The position numbers and the translations under genes are program-made. Below, piece by piece: positions 10,980 to 21,347 of a DNA stretch of 64,000 nucleotides (positions are counted from its first letter, which is position 1; every line of letters begins with the position of its first letter). The notes under the pieces were generated by a model that did no database searches, had not been told where the DNA came from, and saw nothing but the letters and a program-made list of their open reading frames with translations. This DNA comes from a virus (Duplodnaviria > Caudoviricetes): IMG/VR virus record IMGVR_UViG_3300021255_000131, positions 1-64,000 of that record. One strand, given 5' to 3'.

Positions 10980-11156
10980 TATGGATTTAGTTACTGTTGG
11001 TACTGCTCTCGCTCTTATGCGAGAGCAGGTTTCTGAAATGATCAGCGAAGAAGTTCAGAAAATAGAGCATGAAGATTTTACTATTGCTTCTATCGATAAG
11101 GTTTGAGAAGCACCGGATATTCATATGCATATTTCAAATTAAGGAGGAATGAATAA

Positions 11157-13796
11157 ATGACGGTTGGAAAAAAAGCAGTATCAGTAGATGGTCTTAAAAC
11201 TGTTTATGATTTACAAAATTCTAATATTGCTTCAAAGTTTAATATTGATACAAATTATGCCGTAGGAGATTATGTCATATATCAAGGCCGTTTATATCGT
11301 TTTGTCATTACACACGCGGCTGGCGAATGGAATAATACTCATGTTGTTAGCGTTGATGTAACTAGCGAAATTGACGCCGCCAATGGTTTAGTTGGCAATA
11401 TAAACATGGGTACAATAGCTACGACTGTAACTGGGGCCATCGCAGAACATGAAAGCGATATTAATGCTTTAAATACGAAGCTTGGCAACATCGCGATGGG
11501 CACGACGGCTACCACCGTGACCGGTGCCATCGCAGAACATGAAGGCGATCTCAGTGCACTAAATAGTTCTATTGATCTAACCAAAGCAGAAGCACTGGCG
11601 GCTTTCTCGGAATCCTCCGCAGGCCCTGCCGACATGCTGACAGTAACGGACGGCGCTGACAATATCCCGCTGAAAAGCCTGACCGTGGCGATTGAGCCGA
11701 AGCAGGACTTACACGGCTACGACCATCCGTGGGTCGGTGGAGCTGGGAAGAATTTGGTTTGCAGCACAATCGCGAAAATCAAGGAAGTAAATACTCAAGG
11801 TACGTGGACGAGTGATACTGCTTACAAACATAACGGCATTACGTTTACAATTACTTCGCATGACGGCGTCAGCATCGATGCCGTAAAAATCGGAGGTATG
11901 GCAAATAGTGATGCCTATTTCCGTTTAGACAGTCCTCGCACCGATTTCCCGACTGGCAATTTAATCGCGAATGCTGGTGTGGTAATCCCACAGGGCGGAG
12001 GAGTTTACATGGGCACCAGCTGTGTCTTCGCAGACATTTATAGCGGTAAATTCAATAATGTCACGAACACAACTGATAAGCAATTTACGAATGATGGCAG
12101 CGGTAAAATAGAGCCAGCGCTTAAAGTACCAAATGGATCTATAGAATCCGGTGGTGTTTTAAGACCGATGATTCGTTTGGCCACAGAAGCAAGTTCAGCT
12201 TACGAGCCCTACTCCAACATCTGCCCGATCACCGGCTGGGACGAGGCGACCGTGACGAGGACGGGGAAGAATCTGCTGAATCCGAACGCCATTGGCGATG
12301 TTACTACTGGCAATGGAACGAGACAAGGCGTAGAGTTTACAATTCCAGGAGATTACACAATTAGTGCACAAGCCGCATACACTTCAAACGCTGGAAATAT
12401 TTACGTTACAAAATATGACGGTAGCACGTATAGCAATGGTGCGGCTATTGTGAATGGCTCTACTAAAAACAATCCGTTTACAAATACAATTACAGAAGGA
12501 CAGAAGCTGATCGTTCATGGCGGTTCTGGAATCAGTGCAGCAATCGCTGAAGATGTAATCGAAAAATGTTCTATTCAACTCGAATATGGTTCTGCTGCAA
12601 CCGCCTACGAACCCTACACGGACAACACCCTCCCCATTTCCATGAAATCCATCTCCGGCTCTACGGTCTACGGCGGCACAGTCACTGTCAACGAGGACGG
12701 CACAGGGACGCTGGTGGTGGATAGGGCGAAGGTTACACTGACTGGTAATGAATCGCTGGCGTACTCTACCAACACAAAATCCTTCTATCATGACGCGGCA
12801 GACACTGTTCCTGGTATCGCTGGGAAGGAATACACGGTTGCCTTTGATGGCGTATGCGACCGCTTCGCTCCGTATGATGGCGTGACTGCTTGGGCGAATC
12901 TGGCCATCGCTTGTGTCGGCTATGTGAACGCGGCCAGCCCGCGTCTGAGGTTCTCGATCCCTGGCGAAACGGAAGTCACGGAGGCGGTCAGAGCGAAACT
13001 CGCCGGAACTGAAGTGGCCTATAAACTCGCTGCGCCAGTCACTTACCCCCTCACCGCTACCCAGCTCCGCACCCTTCTCGGCAACAACATCCTCTGGTGC
13101 GATGCGGGTCATGTGACGATCACGTACAGGCAGGATACCGGGCTAGCGATTGACGCAAAGGCCGATCTTCTTCCAATAGAAGAAGGAAGCGGGAGCGACG
13201 CGATTCAATCACCGACTTGTACGGCTTCTGGCGATTACTCGAAAGCATTTGGTAAAGACAGTACAGCGAGTGGCACGTATGCCAGTGCTATAGGATATGA
13301 TGTTATCGCGTCTGGTTATGCAAGCCATGCGGAGGGCCATCACGTAACAGCGTCTGGAAATTATAGCCACGCTGAAGGCAGTTCCCAGATGGCCGGAAAC
13401 ATTGTACAAGTGCGCACAACCTCATCCGGTTCCGGCAGTCATGCAGAAGGTTTGGGCACAACCGCAACGCAAAATGGTTCACATGCTGAAGGTGTAGCAA
13501 CGCAGGCGCTTGGTAATTGCAGCCATGCTGAAGGCGAGCGTACGATAGCAAGAAGAGAATCGCAGCATGTATTCGGAAAGTATAACATAGAAGATACGAG
13601 TGGCACTGGCATGGGGCTTGGCCAATACGTGGAAATCGTTGGCAACGGCGACTACCAAACCCGTTCCAACGCCCGCACCCTTGACTGGAGCGGCAACGAG
13701 TCCTTGCAGGGCAGTCTGACGCTGGGCAAAGGGACAGCAGATGAAGCGACGGTCACCGCCGCGCAGTTGAAGGCGCTGCTGGCGTTGCTGAGTTAA
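11157..13796 (+). CDS. Tail fibre/adhesin with YadA-head-like (SHAEG) repeats
   Basis: 879 aa. Two 30-aa repeats near the N-terminus, 'YEPY' motifs, and C-terminal 14-aa 'ASGxYSHAEG' repeats. Confidence 0.7.
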   Translation: MTVGKKAVSVDGLKTVYDLQNSNIASKFNIDTNYAVGDYVIYQGRLYRFVITHAAGEWNNTHVVSVDVTSEIDAANGLVGNINMGTIATTVTGAIAEHESDINALNTKLGNIAMGTTATTVTGAIAEHEGDLSALNSSIDLTKAEALAAFSESSAGPADMLTVTDGADNIPLKSLTVAIEPKQDLHGYDHPWVGGAGKNLVCSTIAKIKEVNTQGTWTSDTAYKHNGITFTITSHDGVSIDAVKIGGMANSDAYFRLDSPRTDFPTGNLIANAGVVIPQGGGVYMGTSCVFADIYSGKFNNVTNTTDKQFTNDGSGKIEPALKVPNGSIESGGVLRPMIRLATEASSAYEPYSNICPITGWDEATVTRTGKNLLNPNAIGDVTTGNGTRQGVEFTIPGDYTISAQAAYTSNAGNIYVTKYDGSTYSNGAAIVNGSTKNNPFTNTITEGQKLIVHGGSGISAAIAEDVIEKCSIQLEYGSAATAYEPYTDNTLPISMKSISGSTVYGGTVTVNEDGTGTLVVDRAKVTLTGNESLAYSTNTKSFYHDAADTVPGIAGKEYTVAFDGVCDRFAPYDGVTAWANLAIACVGYVNAASPRLRFSIPGETEVTEAVRAKLAGTEVAYKLAAPVTYPLTATQLRTLLGNNILWCDAGHVTITYRQDTGLAIDAKADLLPIEEGSGSDAIQSPTCTASGDYSKAFGKDSTASGTYASAIGYDVIASGYASHAEGHHVTASGNYSHAEGSSQMAGNIVQVRTTSSGSGSHAEGLGTTATQNGSHAEGVATQALGNCSHAEGERTIARRESQHVFGKYNIEDTSGTGMGLGQYVEIVGNGDYQTRSNARTLDWSGNESLQGSLTLGKGTADEATVTAAQLKALLALLS

Positions 13797-13892
13797 ACAG
13801 AAGATATGACGATGGATTCTTAGCAAGTTATAGCTTAAATAAGTAATTTGAAGTTATTATTCAACTGAAAAATCAACATAAATTGACTTAGA

Positions 13893-16424
13893 ATGGAGGA
13901 ATGTGTAATGCCTATCGACAAACTAACACTTGGCGCCGCTATGGCTTTATGTGGAGGCGGAGGTGGAGAAGGTGGCGGCACCGTAGATTATGAAGCGAGA
14001 AATATGGCGCAAGATGCTTTGAATGAAGCAACGTCCGCAGCGAACAAAATAAATTTTTTAAATATTGAAAATGGTTCTGGATCAGGTTCTATTCAAGCAA
14101 ATGGCGCTACATCTACTGGCCTTTATAGCTTTGCAGAAGGTGAATCAACATCTAGCGGTTATTGCAGCCACTCCGAAGGATTTGCGTTGGCTGAAGGCGC
14201 ATATTCGCATGCCGAAGGTTCAAAAACAGTAGCATCTAAAAACAATGCTCACGCAGAAGGATTTTGGGCGGAAGCACAAGGTAAAAATAGTCATGCCGAA
14301 GGATATGGTGCAAAAGCAATTGGCGACCATGCTCATGCAGAAGGGTTTACGACGGAAGCACAAGGTAATGATAGTCATGCTGAAGGATTTTGTACAAAAG
14401 CAATTGGCGATGATAGCCATGCGGAAGGTTATATAACGGAAGCACAAGGTATTGCTAGTCATGCTGAAGGAGAAAATACAAAAGCAATTGGTCTGTATAG
14501 TCATGCTGAAGGACTGTATACCAAAGCAAATGGAGATGCTCAGCATGTGTTCGGAAAAAACAACATACCGGATGAATATGATCCAGACAATAACCAGCGT
14601 GGTAGATATGTGGAAATTGTTGGAAATGGTCAAAGTGATGAAAAGCGTAGTAACGCACGAACTCTTGATTGGTCCGGTAACGAAGTGCTTGCTGGCTCTT
14701 TAACTATTGGTGGAAACGAACAACTTACTAAGGAACAGCTTCAAGAAACGAAGAGCGCTACTGCAGAAGTAGGTAATTTAAAGAGCGCTGTTAGCATCGG
14801 CGAATACATCTATTTTACGGATGGTTTTTTATGGAGTTCCAGCGGGGCATTATCGGCCAATGCCAGTTATTGTGCATCTAAACAGCTAATGACCATAGAC
14901 CCGGAAAAACCGTGGCTGAAACTGACGAACTACGAATCTGACCGAGTGGATTTGGTATTTTTCGATGCAAGCGGAACGTTTATTTCCCCTCGCCAATCAC
15001 TATATAATGATAGTCCACTATTTATCAATGTAGTTGATAAAGCACCGGAAGGAGCGGCATATTTTTCCGTTTCTATTCGTAAAACAACAAATAAACCGTA
15101 TGCCAAACTGATTACCGCTGAAGAATGGGTTGGTGAGTACAACGGTTATGTTGATACGAACGGGAAAATTTGTATCGGCATTGTTGGCAGTAATGTTTAT
15201 AAAATGAAAATTTTGCCTGTGCATTCCGGGGATGTTGTCTCCGCTGAATCATCCGCTAACAGTAACATTGATGTTATTGCATTTTATGATTATAATTTCG
15301 GTTTCATAAACGGTATACAATACCTTGCGGCTGATATAACGAATTACAAGGCCATCGCGCCAGTTGACGGATATGCTATAGCATCCAGCACGACTGCGTC
15401 CTTTAATGATTTTGCATTGTCAATAGAGCCAGTCAACAATAATGATACAGATATAGTTCCTGACAACCATTATCCATATTATATCAATAACGGGACAGTC
15501 ACAGCCACAGAGACTTATTATTTGTCAAACTGTATTGTTGTACCAGCAGGAAAAGTGCTGATGGTAAGCGCAAACTGTGGCACAGCGGCGGCGGTGCTGT
15601 CTGATGGGCAAACAAACACTAATATAGCGACCGGGTATGGGACTACCTATGATTATTGGGTCTCCTGTTATGCCCCGGAAACAAAAATAGTGCGTATCTG
15701 CTGGCGGCCGGGATACGGTGACGGACTCAAAGCGTATACAACCACCCCGAACAAACGTCTGAACGGTAAAAGTCTATATTGTATCGGTGACAGCTATTTT
15801 GCTGGTAATAACCTCGTTTCCGATGCATATGCAAGAAATCATGTGTGGCCGAATCTGCTGGCGCTTAGAAACAACATGACCATAAATAACTATGGAGTAA
15901 ACGGCACAACGATCGCTGAATGCTCCGCGATGAGTACAGCAACAGGCCCTGCGAATTTTGCAGCGGTATCTGACCGCATTGATTTTGTTGATAGTAACTT
16001 TGATGTGTTCGTTTTTGAGGGCGGTAGCAATGACTATAGTAACGCTGTGCCGCTGGGCGATGAACTATTGAGCAATACTGACCGCGAAACGTTCCACGGG
16101 GCGATGCAGTATATTATTAACAAGGTGTATACGCTAAATCCGTCCGCGCTTATTTTTGCTCATCCGTGCTGGGTATCATCTAACGGAGCGAGTAACACTA
16201 CTACCGGGCTGACGAAAAATGCATATCAGGCGGCATTTATGAGTGCGTGCGCGAGAAACGGCGTGCCGTGTGTCCCGTCCAATAACAACGGCGTGGCAGT
16301 AACACAAGCGTCATATCGCGCGGAATTTATGATGGCATCAAATGATGCGTCCCATTTTAATATAGTTGGACACGCTAAGTATGTGCTGTTTGTCGAGAAG
16401 TGGCTGGATCGTTTTTGTGACTAA
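13893..16424 (+). CDS. Tail fibre/spike with YadA-head-like repeats and C-terminal SGNH esterase
   Basis: About 10 tandem 14-aa HAEG repeats (approx. 14130-14520). C-terminal GDSY, GVNGT, GGSND and DASH motifs. Confidence 0.7.
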   Translation: MEECVMPIDKLTLGAAMALCGGGGGEGGGTVDYEARNMAQDALNEATSAANKINFLNIENGSGSGSIQANGATSTGLYSFAEGESTSSGYCSHSEGFALAEGAYSHAEGSKTVASKNNAHAEGFWAEAQGKNSHAEGYGAKAIGDHAHAEGFTTEAQGNDSHAEGFCTKAIGDDSHAEGYITEAQGIASHAEGENTKAIGLYSHAEGLYTKANGDAQHVFGKNNIPDEYDPDNNQRGRYVEIVGNGQSDEKRSNARTLDWSGNEVLAGSLTIGGNEQLTKEQLQETKSATAEVGNLKSAVSIGEYIYFTDGFLWSSSGALSANASYCASKQLMTIDPEKPWLKLTNYESDRVDLVFFDASGTFISPRQSLYNDSPLFINVVDKAPEGAAYFSVSIRKTTNKPYAKLITAEEWVGEYNGYVDTNGKICIGIVGSNVYKMKILPVHSGDVVSAESSANSNIDVIAFYDYNFGFINGIQYLAADITNYKAIAPVDGYAIASSTTASFNDFALSIEPVNNNDTDIVPDNHYPYYINNGTVTATETYYLSNCIVVPAGKVLMVSANCGTAAAVLSDGQTNTNIATGYGTTYDYWVSCYAPETKIVRICWRPGYGDGLKAYTTTPNKRLNGKSLYCIGDSYFAGNNLVSDAYARNHVWPNLLALRNNMTINNYGVNGTTIAECSAMSTATGPANFAAVSDRIDFVDSNFDVFVFEGGSNDYSNAVPLGDELLSNTDRETFHGAMQYIINKVYTLNPSALIFAHPCWVSSNGASNTTTGLTKNAYQAAFMSACARNGVPCVPSNNNGVAVTQASYRAEFMMASNDASHFNIVGHAKYVLFVEKWLDRFCD

Positions 16425-16467
16425 TATAACACCTTTAGCTACTTAAACAAACATAACAATGTTAAAC

Positions 16468-16496
16468 GCGAGCGCGGCTTTTGAGGCCGCGCTCGC
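16468..16496 (+). terminator. GC-rich hairpin after the tail genes
   Basis: GCGAGCGCGGC-TTTTGAG-GCCGCGCTCGC, a perfect 11-bp stem. Confidence 0.55.
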
Positions 16497-16663
16497 ATAC
16501 TATTTATCGGAGGTGCAGGCATGGCAATTGAAGTAAAGATTGTTTTGCTGAGTGAACTTGAACGAGCGTTATCAGATAAGCTAATGTTGCCAATGCGTCA
16601 ACTGTACTCAGTATCTTATCTGATAAGCTAACTAAATTCAATATAGAAATATGCGTAAAGGAT

Positions 16664-17476
16664 GTGGTTGCAATGGGCCCATCTGAACTATATCCAATTG
16701 AAGAATATTTTATGACAAACAACCGATGTTTTAAAGCAAACAAACGTAGACGGCCAACAGGCATTCAGGTTCACAGCGTCGGGTGTAAAGGCACAAACAG
16801 AGAACGATGGCGAAGATGGAATGATCCGGCGTACGAAAAATGCCCGAACGCTTTTATCGACACGGCTGGCATTATGCAATGCTTAGATTGGGATGTGCGG
16901 CCCTGGCTTTCTGGCAAAGGGAGTAAAGGTAATGCGAATGATTGGTGCGTCGGTTTTGAAATCTGCGAGCCGTCTACAAAGAAAGATACACCTGAAGCTG
17001 CCGCATATTTATATAACTGTGTGTTGTGGTTATGTACTGAACTATGCAAAGAATATGGCATAGATCCAGAAGAAATCAAGTGCCACTCAGAGCTTCACAA
17101 AATGAAGTGCGCCAGCAATCACGTTGATGTAAACCACTGGTGGGGGAAGAAGCACACGGCTTGGGAAGAATATACGATGACTCGACTCAGGGCCGATGTT
17201 AAAGCAGCGCTTGATTACGAGGGCTATGTCATCCCCATGATCAAGCCGTTTCGACAGACAGTACGTAAAGGCAACAAAGGATCTGACGTATCTTTATTAC
17301 AAACAATTCTTAATTCTATCGGTTATTCCTGCGGACCTGTCGACGGATCCTTCGGGAAGAACACGCTGAAGGCAGTTAAAAAGTTTCAGAAAGATTCCGC
17401 TCTTGTCGCTGACGGCATCGTCGGAACAAAGACATGGGCGGCATTAGAAGAAATATACAAAGAAGGAGTTGGTTAA
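16664..17476 (+). CDS. Endolysin: Amidase_2-like domain plus PG_binding_1 domain
   Basis: 'GIQVHS', 'VGFEICE' and 'IKCHSE..HVD'. C-terminal 'KGNKGSDVSLLQ..DGSFG..T..AVKKFQ..L.ADGIVG.KTW'. Confidence 0.85.
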   Translation: MVAMGPSELYPIEEYFMTNNRCFKANKRRRPTGIQVHSVGCKGTNRERWRRWNDPAYEKCPNAFIDTAGIMQCLDWDVRPWLSGKGSKGNANDWCVGFEICEPSTKKDTPEAAAYLYNCVLWLCTELCKEYGIDPEEIKCHSELHKMKCASNHVDVNHWWGKKHTAWEEYTMTRLRADVKAALDYEGYVIPMIKPFRQTVRKGNKGSDVSLLQTILNSIGYSCGPVDGSFGKNTLKAVKKFQKDSALVADGIVGTKTWAALEEIYKEGVG

Positions 17477-17876
17477 CGTGAGAGAAATTACAGAAGAAGA
17501 ATTTGAAAATATGACACTCAAACAAAAACGCGCGTTATTGAAGGAAATTAATGAGTACATTGATTTTCCGGACGAAATGTTTGAATCTGTTCCGCTTGAA
17601 GATCTTCTTGATTTAGAAGGCGTTTGTGTGCTTACTGCGATTGGAGAACCTTTTTCAAATTTCGGTTATGCTCATAAAGAATTCATGGTTGATGATCCGC
17701 AAATAGTTGAATGCATTAAGAAGGATGGCTTAGCTCCTGGAAGCATTGTGTATACATCTGACTTGACTTATATATGGTTGTTAGACGGACATAGAGAATG
17801 GATTATGCTCGGTTCTGGTGGCGGCATCCCCGGCGGCGGTGGCGGCGAAATTGGCGACGGCGGTGTCCTAAAGTAA
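17469..17876 (+). CDS. Hypothetical acidic protein in the lysis cassette
   Basis: 135-aa ORF overlapping the endolysin stop, with a Gly-rich C-terminus. Confidence 0.5.
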   Translation: MVNVREITEEEFENMTLKQKRALLKEINEYIDFPDEMFESVPLEDLLDLEGVCVLTAIGEPFSNFGYAHKEFMVDDPQIVECIKKDGLAPGSIVYTSDLTYIWLLDGHREWIMLGSGGGIPGGGGGEIGDGGVLK

Positions 17877-17900
17877 TTTCAAATAATAGGAGGCAATATT

Positions 17901-18218
17901 ATGGATACATTTTTTACTTGGGAGTATTTACTTTCTTTTGCCGGCTGCGTTGCTGGTACCGGTCTGCTGACTGAATTCACTAAGCCTTTGCTTGCCAAAG
18001 TACCGACGCAGTGGGTCAGCTATGTGTTTGCGTTAGTTATTATGATCGTCGGCCAGATTGCCACAGGTCAGCTGACTGGCTGGGACGTAGCTGCACTTGA
18101 TATACTCAATGCCGCTGTTATTTCTTTGGCGGCTAACGGCGGCTATGACGTAATCAACCGTATCTTCGGCAAGAAAACCGATGCTGAAACTGAACTCAAA
18201 GACGAAGACGACGAGTAA
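17901..18218 (+). CDS. Holin
   Basis: 105 aa, about 3 hydrophobic segments, charged C-terminus, 'AANGGYD' motif; next to the endolysin. Confidence 0.75.
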   Translation: MDTFFTWEYLLSFAGCVAGTGLLTEFTKPLLAKVPTQWVSYVFALVIMIVGQIATGQLTGWDVAALDILNAAVISLAANGGYDVINRIFGKKTDAETELKDEDDE

Positions 18219-18257
18219 TCGACAACGCTCTGTTGTCGATAGAAAGGAGACGACACA

Positions 18258-18590
18258 ATGGAAAACATCAAAGTGATATTTGAAGAGAACAACCTTCTGA
18301 TATTCATGCTTGTTTTAGCTGCCATCATGGGTTTCTATATCCTCGTCGGCAACGTGATCAAAATTACAAGAGACATTCGTAAACCTCATGGAGATATAAG
18401 CAAAGAAATCAAAGAACTGAAGATCACTGTCGATACGCACAGCACTGAAATTGATAACATCCGGGAAATGAATCGTGTGCAATGCCAGGCTACCAAAGCT
18501 CTGCTGAATCATGCGATCCACAATGGCAATACAGGTGAAATGGAAGAAGCAACTGAAGCGTTAGACAAGTATCTTATGAAGAAAATCTGA
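18258..18590 (+). CDS. Single-TM plus coiled-coil protein (holin-like / lysis accessory)
   Basis: N-terminal TM helix, then coiled coil and 'HNGNTGEM'. Strong RBS. Confidence 0.6.
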   Translation: MENIKVIFEENNLLIFMLVLAAIMGFYILVGNVIKITRDIRKPHGDISKEIKELKITVDTHSTEIDNIREMNRVQCQATKALLNHAIHNGNTGEMEEATEALDKYLMKKI

Positions 18591-18593
18591 AAA

Positions 18594-18624
18594 AAGGGGC
18601 GCCCTTTTGATGGGGCGCCCCTTT
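18594..18624. terminator. Likely bidirectional terminator between the convergent arms
   Basis: AAAGGGGCGCCC-TTTTGAT-GGGGCGCCCCTTT, flanked by A/T runs, right after the last + gene. Confidence 0.75.
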
Positions 18625-18742
18625 AAATATGCTTTGCGATTATGTGATAAACCATGCTTTGATGTAAACATAAGTTAAAAATCTTAGTCTTCTTGTGCTT
18701 ACATCGAAGTATGACAACGCTATTAAAACTTGCTCTGACTGT

Positions 18743-18940
18743 AGTTCGAGTCTCCTATGCTCCACGTTTAGAAAGTCCTTGTAAATCAAGGGCTTTCTTC
18801 TTTTGTGCAGGGGCTCAGATGGGTAAAAACAGCGATTTAGTGACATTTTAGTGCCAAAACGGGTGAAAAAATGCTGCGATTAGCTCAGTGGTAGCAAGTA
18901 ATTTTGCGGTATGATGAAAATGATATTTTAGTGTCATTTA
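18743..18940. other. attP site: core matches a tRNA 3' end (probably tRNA-Ala), with arm-type repeats
   Basis: AGTTCGAGTCTCCTATGCTCCA (18743-18764) is a T-loop plus acceptor 3' strand with no 5' half. A hairpin follows, then three TTTAGTGNCA direct repeats (~18836, ~18847, ~18927). It abuts the 3' end of the integrase gene. Confidence 0.75.
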
Positions 18941-20014
18941 GGCGAAAAGTAAGTTGTGTATATCTGCGCCGGCTTTGTCTATTTTTTCCTGCCGGGCATG
19001 TTCATAAATTGACATTGTCGTACGGATGTCTTTGTGACCGGCCATGGCCTGAATGGTTTTGGGAGAGGCGTCGGTGTACTCGCTCAACAGGGTCGTGTAT
19101 GTGTGTCTGAAGCTGTGAGCCGAGTATGGTTTAAGCTCGGGGATTGCTTTGACGATGCGGTGCCAGGTGTTGTTGTACATCGTCATCGTCATGGGCTTAT
19201 CAGGCGTCTCGCCGTCGAGGATGTATGCGTCTTTTGGCTTATCTGTGGGGTCAATGACGGGACGAATCGCCGGTTCGTACGGGACATCGCGAAAGCCGGC
19301 CGATGTTTTTGGCGTGCCGACGATAGGCACGTTGCCGTTGGCGTGGGTCACATTGCGGCGGATATGGATGACGTTTTTTTCGGTGTCAATATCACCCCAT
19401 TGCAAGCCAAGCACTTCGCCCCGGCGGCCTCCGGTGGTGATCAGAAGAAGCAGGAGACGCTTGCTTTTCTCATCCAGCTGTGCGGATTTTTGTATAGCGG
19501 CGCGGACAATGTCAAGAGGGATCGCTTCGCGGGTTTCAACCTTGTCTGAAGGTATCACGAGGCGTCTGCTTTTGGCCGGGTTGGTTTGAATATAGCCGTC
19601 TTCCTTCGCGCTCTCCATGATCTGAGCGATTCTCGCAAGGCGTTCTTTCAGAGTTTTCTTGGACAGCTCTTTGTTTTTGTTCAGGTATTCCTGAATATCG
19701 TTTGTTGTGATGGCGGAAAGGACCATCTCTCCAAAATCCGGCTCGATAGCTTTCAGGATCTTCTTATATGTGGCGACAGTGTTTGGCTTCTTGATGACGA
19801 TGTATGTGTTAAACCATTTGCGTGCATATTCCTTGAACGAGATGGAGGTCTTTCTTTCCTTGACGTCAAGAAATTCTTTAATCCTGCCGCTCAGTATGTA
19901 TTCTTCGACGATTCGGTCGTTCATATCGTAGACGCTGGCGGCGGTTAAGCGCTTGAAAATGGGCGTGCCGTCATCATTGAACCCGATGATGACGCGACGG
20001 ATTTCTTTTGACAT
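18938..20014 (-). CDS. int: Tyrosine integrase
   Basis: Catalytic set R (TGGRRGE), K (TPKT), HxxR (HSFRH), H (AGH), Y (SIYEH). Probable start MSKEIRR at 20014 after GAAGGAG; the ORF track extends it to 20254. Confidence 0.92.
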   Translation of the reverse strand: MSKEIRRVIIGFNDDGTPIFKRLTAASVYDMNDRIVEEYILSGRIKEFLDVKERKTSISFKEYARKWFNTYIVIKKPNTVATYKKILKAIEPDFGEMVLSAITTNDIQEYLNKNKELSKKTLKERLARIAQIMESAKEDGYIQTNPAKSRRLVIPSDKVETREAIPLDIVRAAIQKSAQLDEKSKRLLLLLITTGGRRGEVLGLQWGDIDTEKNVIHIRRNVTHANGNVPIVGTPKTSAGFRDVPYEPAIRPVIDPTDKPKDAYILDGETPDKPMTMTMYNNTWHRIVKAIPELKPYSAHSFRHTYTTLLSEYTDASPKTIQAMAGHKDIRTTMSIYEHARQEKIDKAGADIHNLLFA

Positions 20015-20633
20015 ATCTTCTCCTTCAGATATGTCAGAAGCAAGTTGTATAGCGTTGTCAAGCTTCTCCGCCCGGAAGATGCGCACAGCGATTTCCGCTG
20101 CGTTGTGCGCAACCAGCTCCAAGTCAGCCTCAGTATAGGCGAGAGGAGGGGTCTTGTCAAGCGCCGAATGACTGACAGGAAGAAGGATAGACTGTTCAAG
20201 CTTAGATTCGGAAATAAGATCACGCTCCTTGTGTATTGTTTGATCTTTGCTCAAATTTCCTGATAAGTTATGCGGAAACTTTTGGATGCAAGATCACGGT
20301 GGATAACTTGGTAGGGTAAAAAATAAGGCTATATTTCGTACAGAAATTCTGTATAAAATATAGCCTATTTTATTGACGTGCGATATTGAGAATGTTAAGA
20401 TGAGGCACCCTGCCCCGTCGCATGGTGACATGCGAACCTGTCGTCAGCGTTTCAGGAAACGTTTTGGGGGATGTTGTTTACATGTATACTCATTTTTACA
20501 ATGGCGTACAGGATACGAGGATAGGTGGTGCTTATGGCAAAGGTTGATTTTGTAAATTTGATGGCAAGCGTAATAACCGTCACTGAGTTTATAAGCGGCT
20601 CATGCTGTAACATCCTATTCCTCGGAACGAGGG

Positions 20634-20837
20634 TCAATATCGCAAACGTTCATCAATAGAATGATTGAGCCTTCTTGGACACCAGTTCGGCGCCTCAAGT
20701 CTTCTGGTCAGCGGTTCAACTTCATAATGTCTGCTGCCTTCCTGCGTCAGGCATGCTGTGACGACGAAGCCTTGAAGGAGATACACATACAGATACGGGC
20801 AATTATGACATGAAATCTTGCTGGTTTCTTGCGTCAT
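20634..20837 (-). CDS. Small Cys-containing hypothetical protein
   Basis: CxxC..C..PNWCP pattern, common in small phage Zn-binding proteins. Confidence 0.5.
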   Translation of the reverse strand: MTQETSKISCHNCPYLYVYLLQGFVVTACLTQEGSRHYEVEPLTRRLEAPNWCPRRLNHSIDERLRY

Positions 20838-20842
20838 AACTA

Positions 20843-21229
20843 TTACTTGTAATAGATAACCAACCGCCAGCCCCAGCTTAATGTTTCAGCTGTGGCGGCG
20901 AAGGAATACGTGGCGCTGGTTGCGCCGGGCATGTCTTCAAAGCCGTTGCCTTTGTCGCATTGCCACTGATAGTGAACTTCGCACCCTTCAAAGCCTTCGA
21001 GCTTGCTGGATAAGGTAACCGGCGCGCCTTCTTTCATAACAGGTTTACGATCGGAGGCGATGGTAACCTTCTTGGGAACCGGCGTAGGCTCTGGAGTGGG
21101 CACCGGCGTTGGCGTTAAAAGCTCGATAGAAGGATCAGGCTTGATGACGTTAGACACCGTCTGCTCTTCCGCGATCGCGACGCGCGTGAAGAGCAGACAA
21201 AGCATTAAAACAATACAGAGTTTCTTCAT
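20843..21229 (-). CDS. Secreted protein: signal peptide, Pro/Thr linker, Ig-like domain
   Basis: 'MKKLCIVLMLCLLFTRVAIAEE', 'PTPVPTPEPTP' and 'YQWQ...DMPGATSATYSF'. Confidence 0.7.
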   Translation of the reverse strand: MKKLCIVLMLCLLFTRVAIAEEQTVSNVIKPDPSIELLTPTPVPTPEPTPVPKKVTIASDRKPVMKEGAPVTLSSKLEGFEGCEVHYQWQCDKGNGFEDMPGATSATYSFAATAETLSWGWRLVIYYK

Positions 21230-21347
21230 TGTTTCTCCTTGTTATCTTTTTCGTTACAACCTCGCTGGATGCTGTGGCTCAGCGGTTTTAAAGCCTAATG
21301 CAACGTATGCTCTCAAGTGGTGCGCTAAAAACAGAGGCGTATGAGGG

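Noticed and set aside
14130-14520. 42-bp periodic DNA repeats
   Set aside because: Explained by the 14-aa HAEG protein repeats.
18872-18893. tRNA-like 5' fragment GCGATTAGCTCAGTGGTAG
   Set aside because: No anticodon or T arm follows, and it lies downstream of the attP core in the wrong order. Too short to call.
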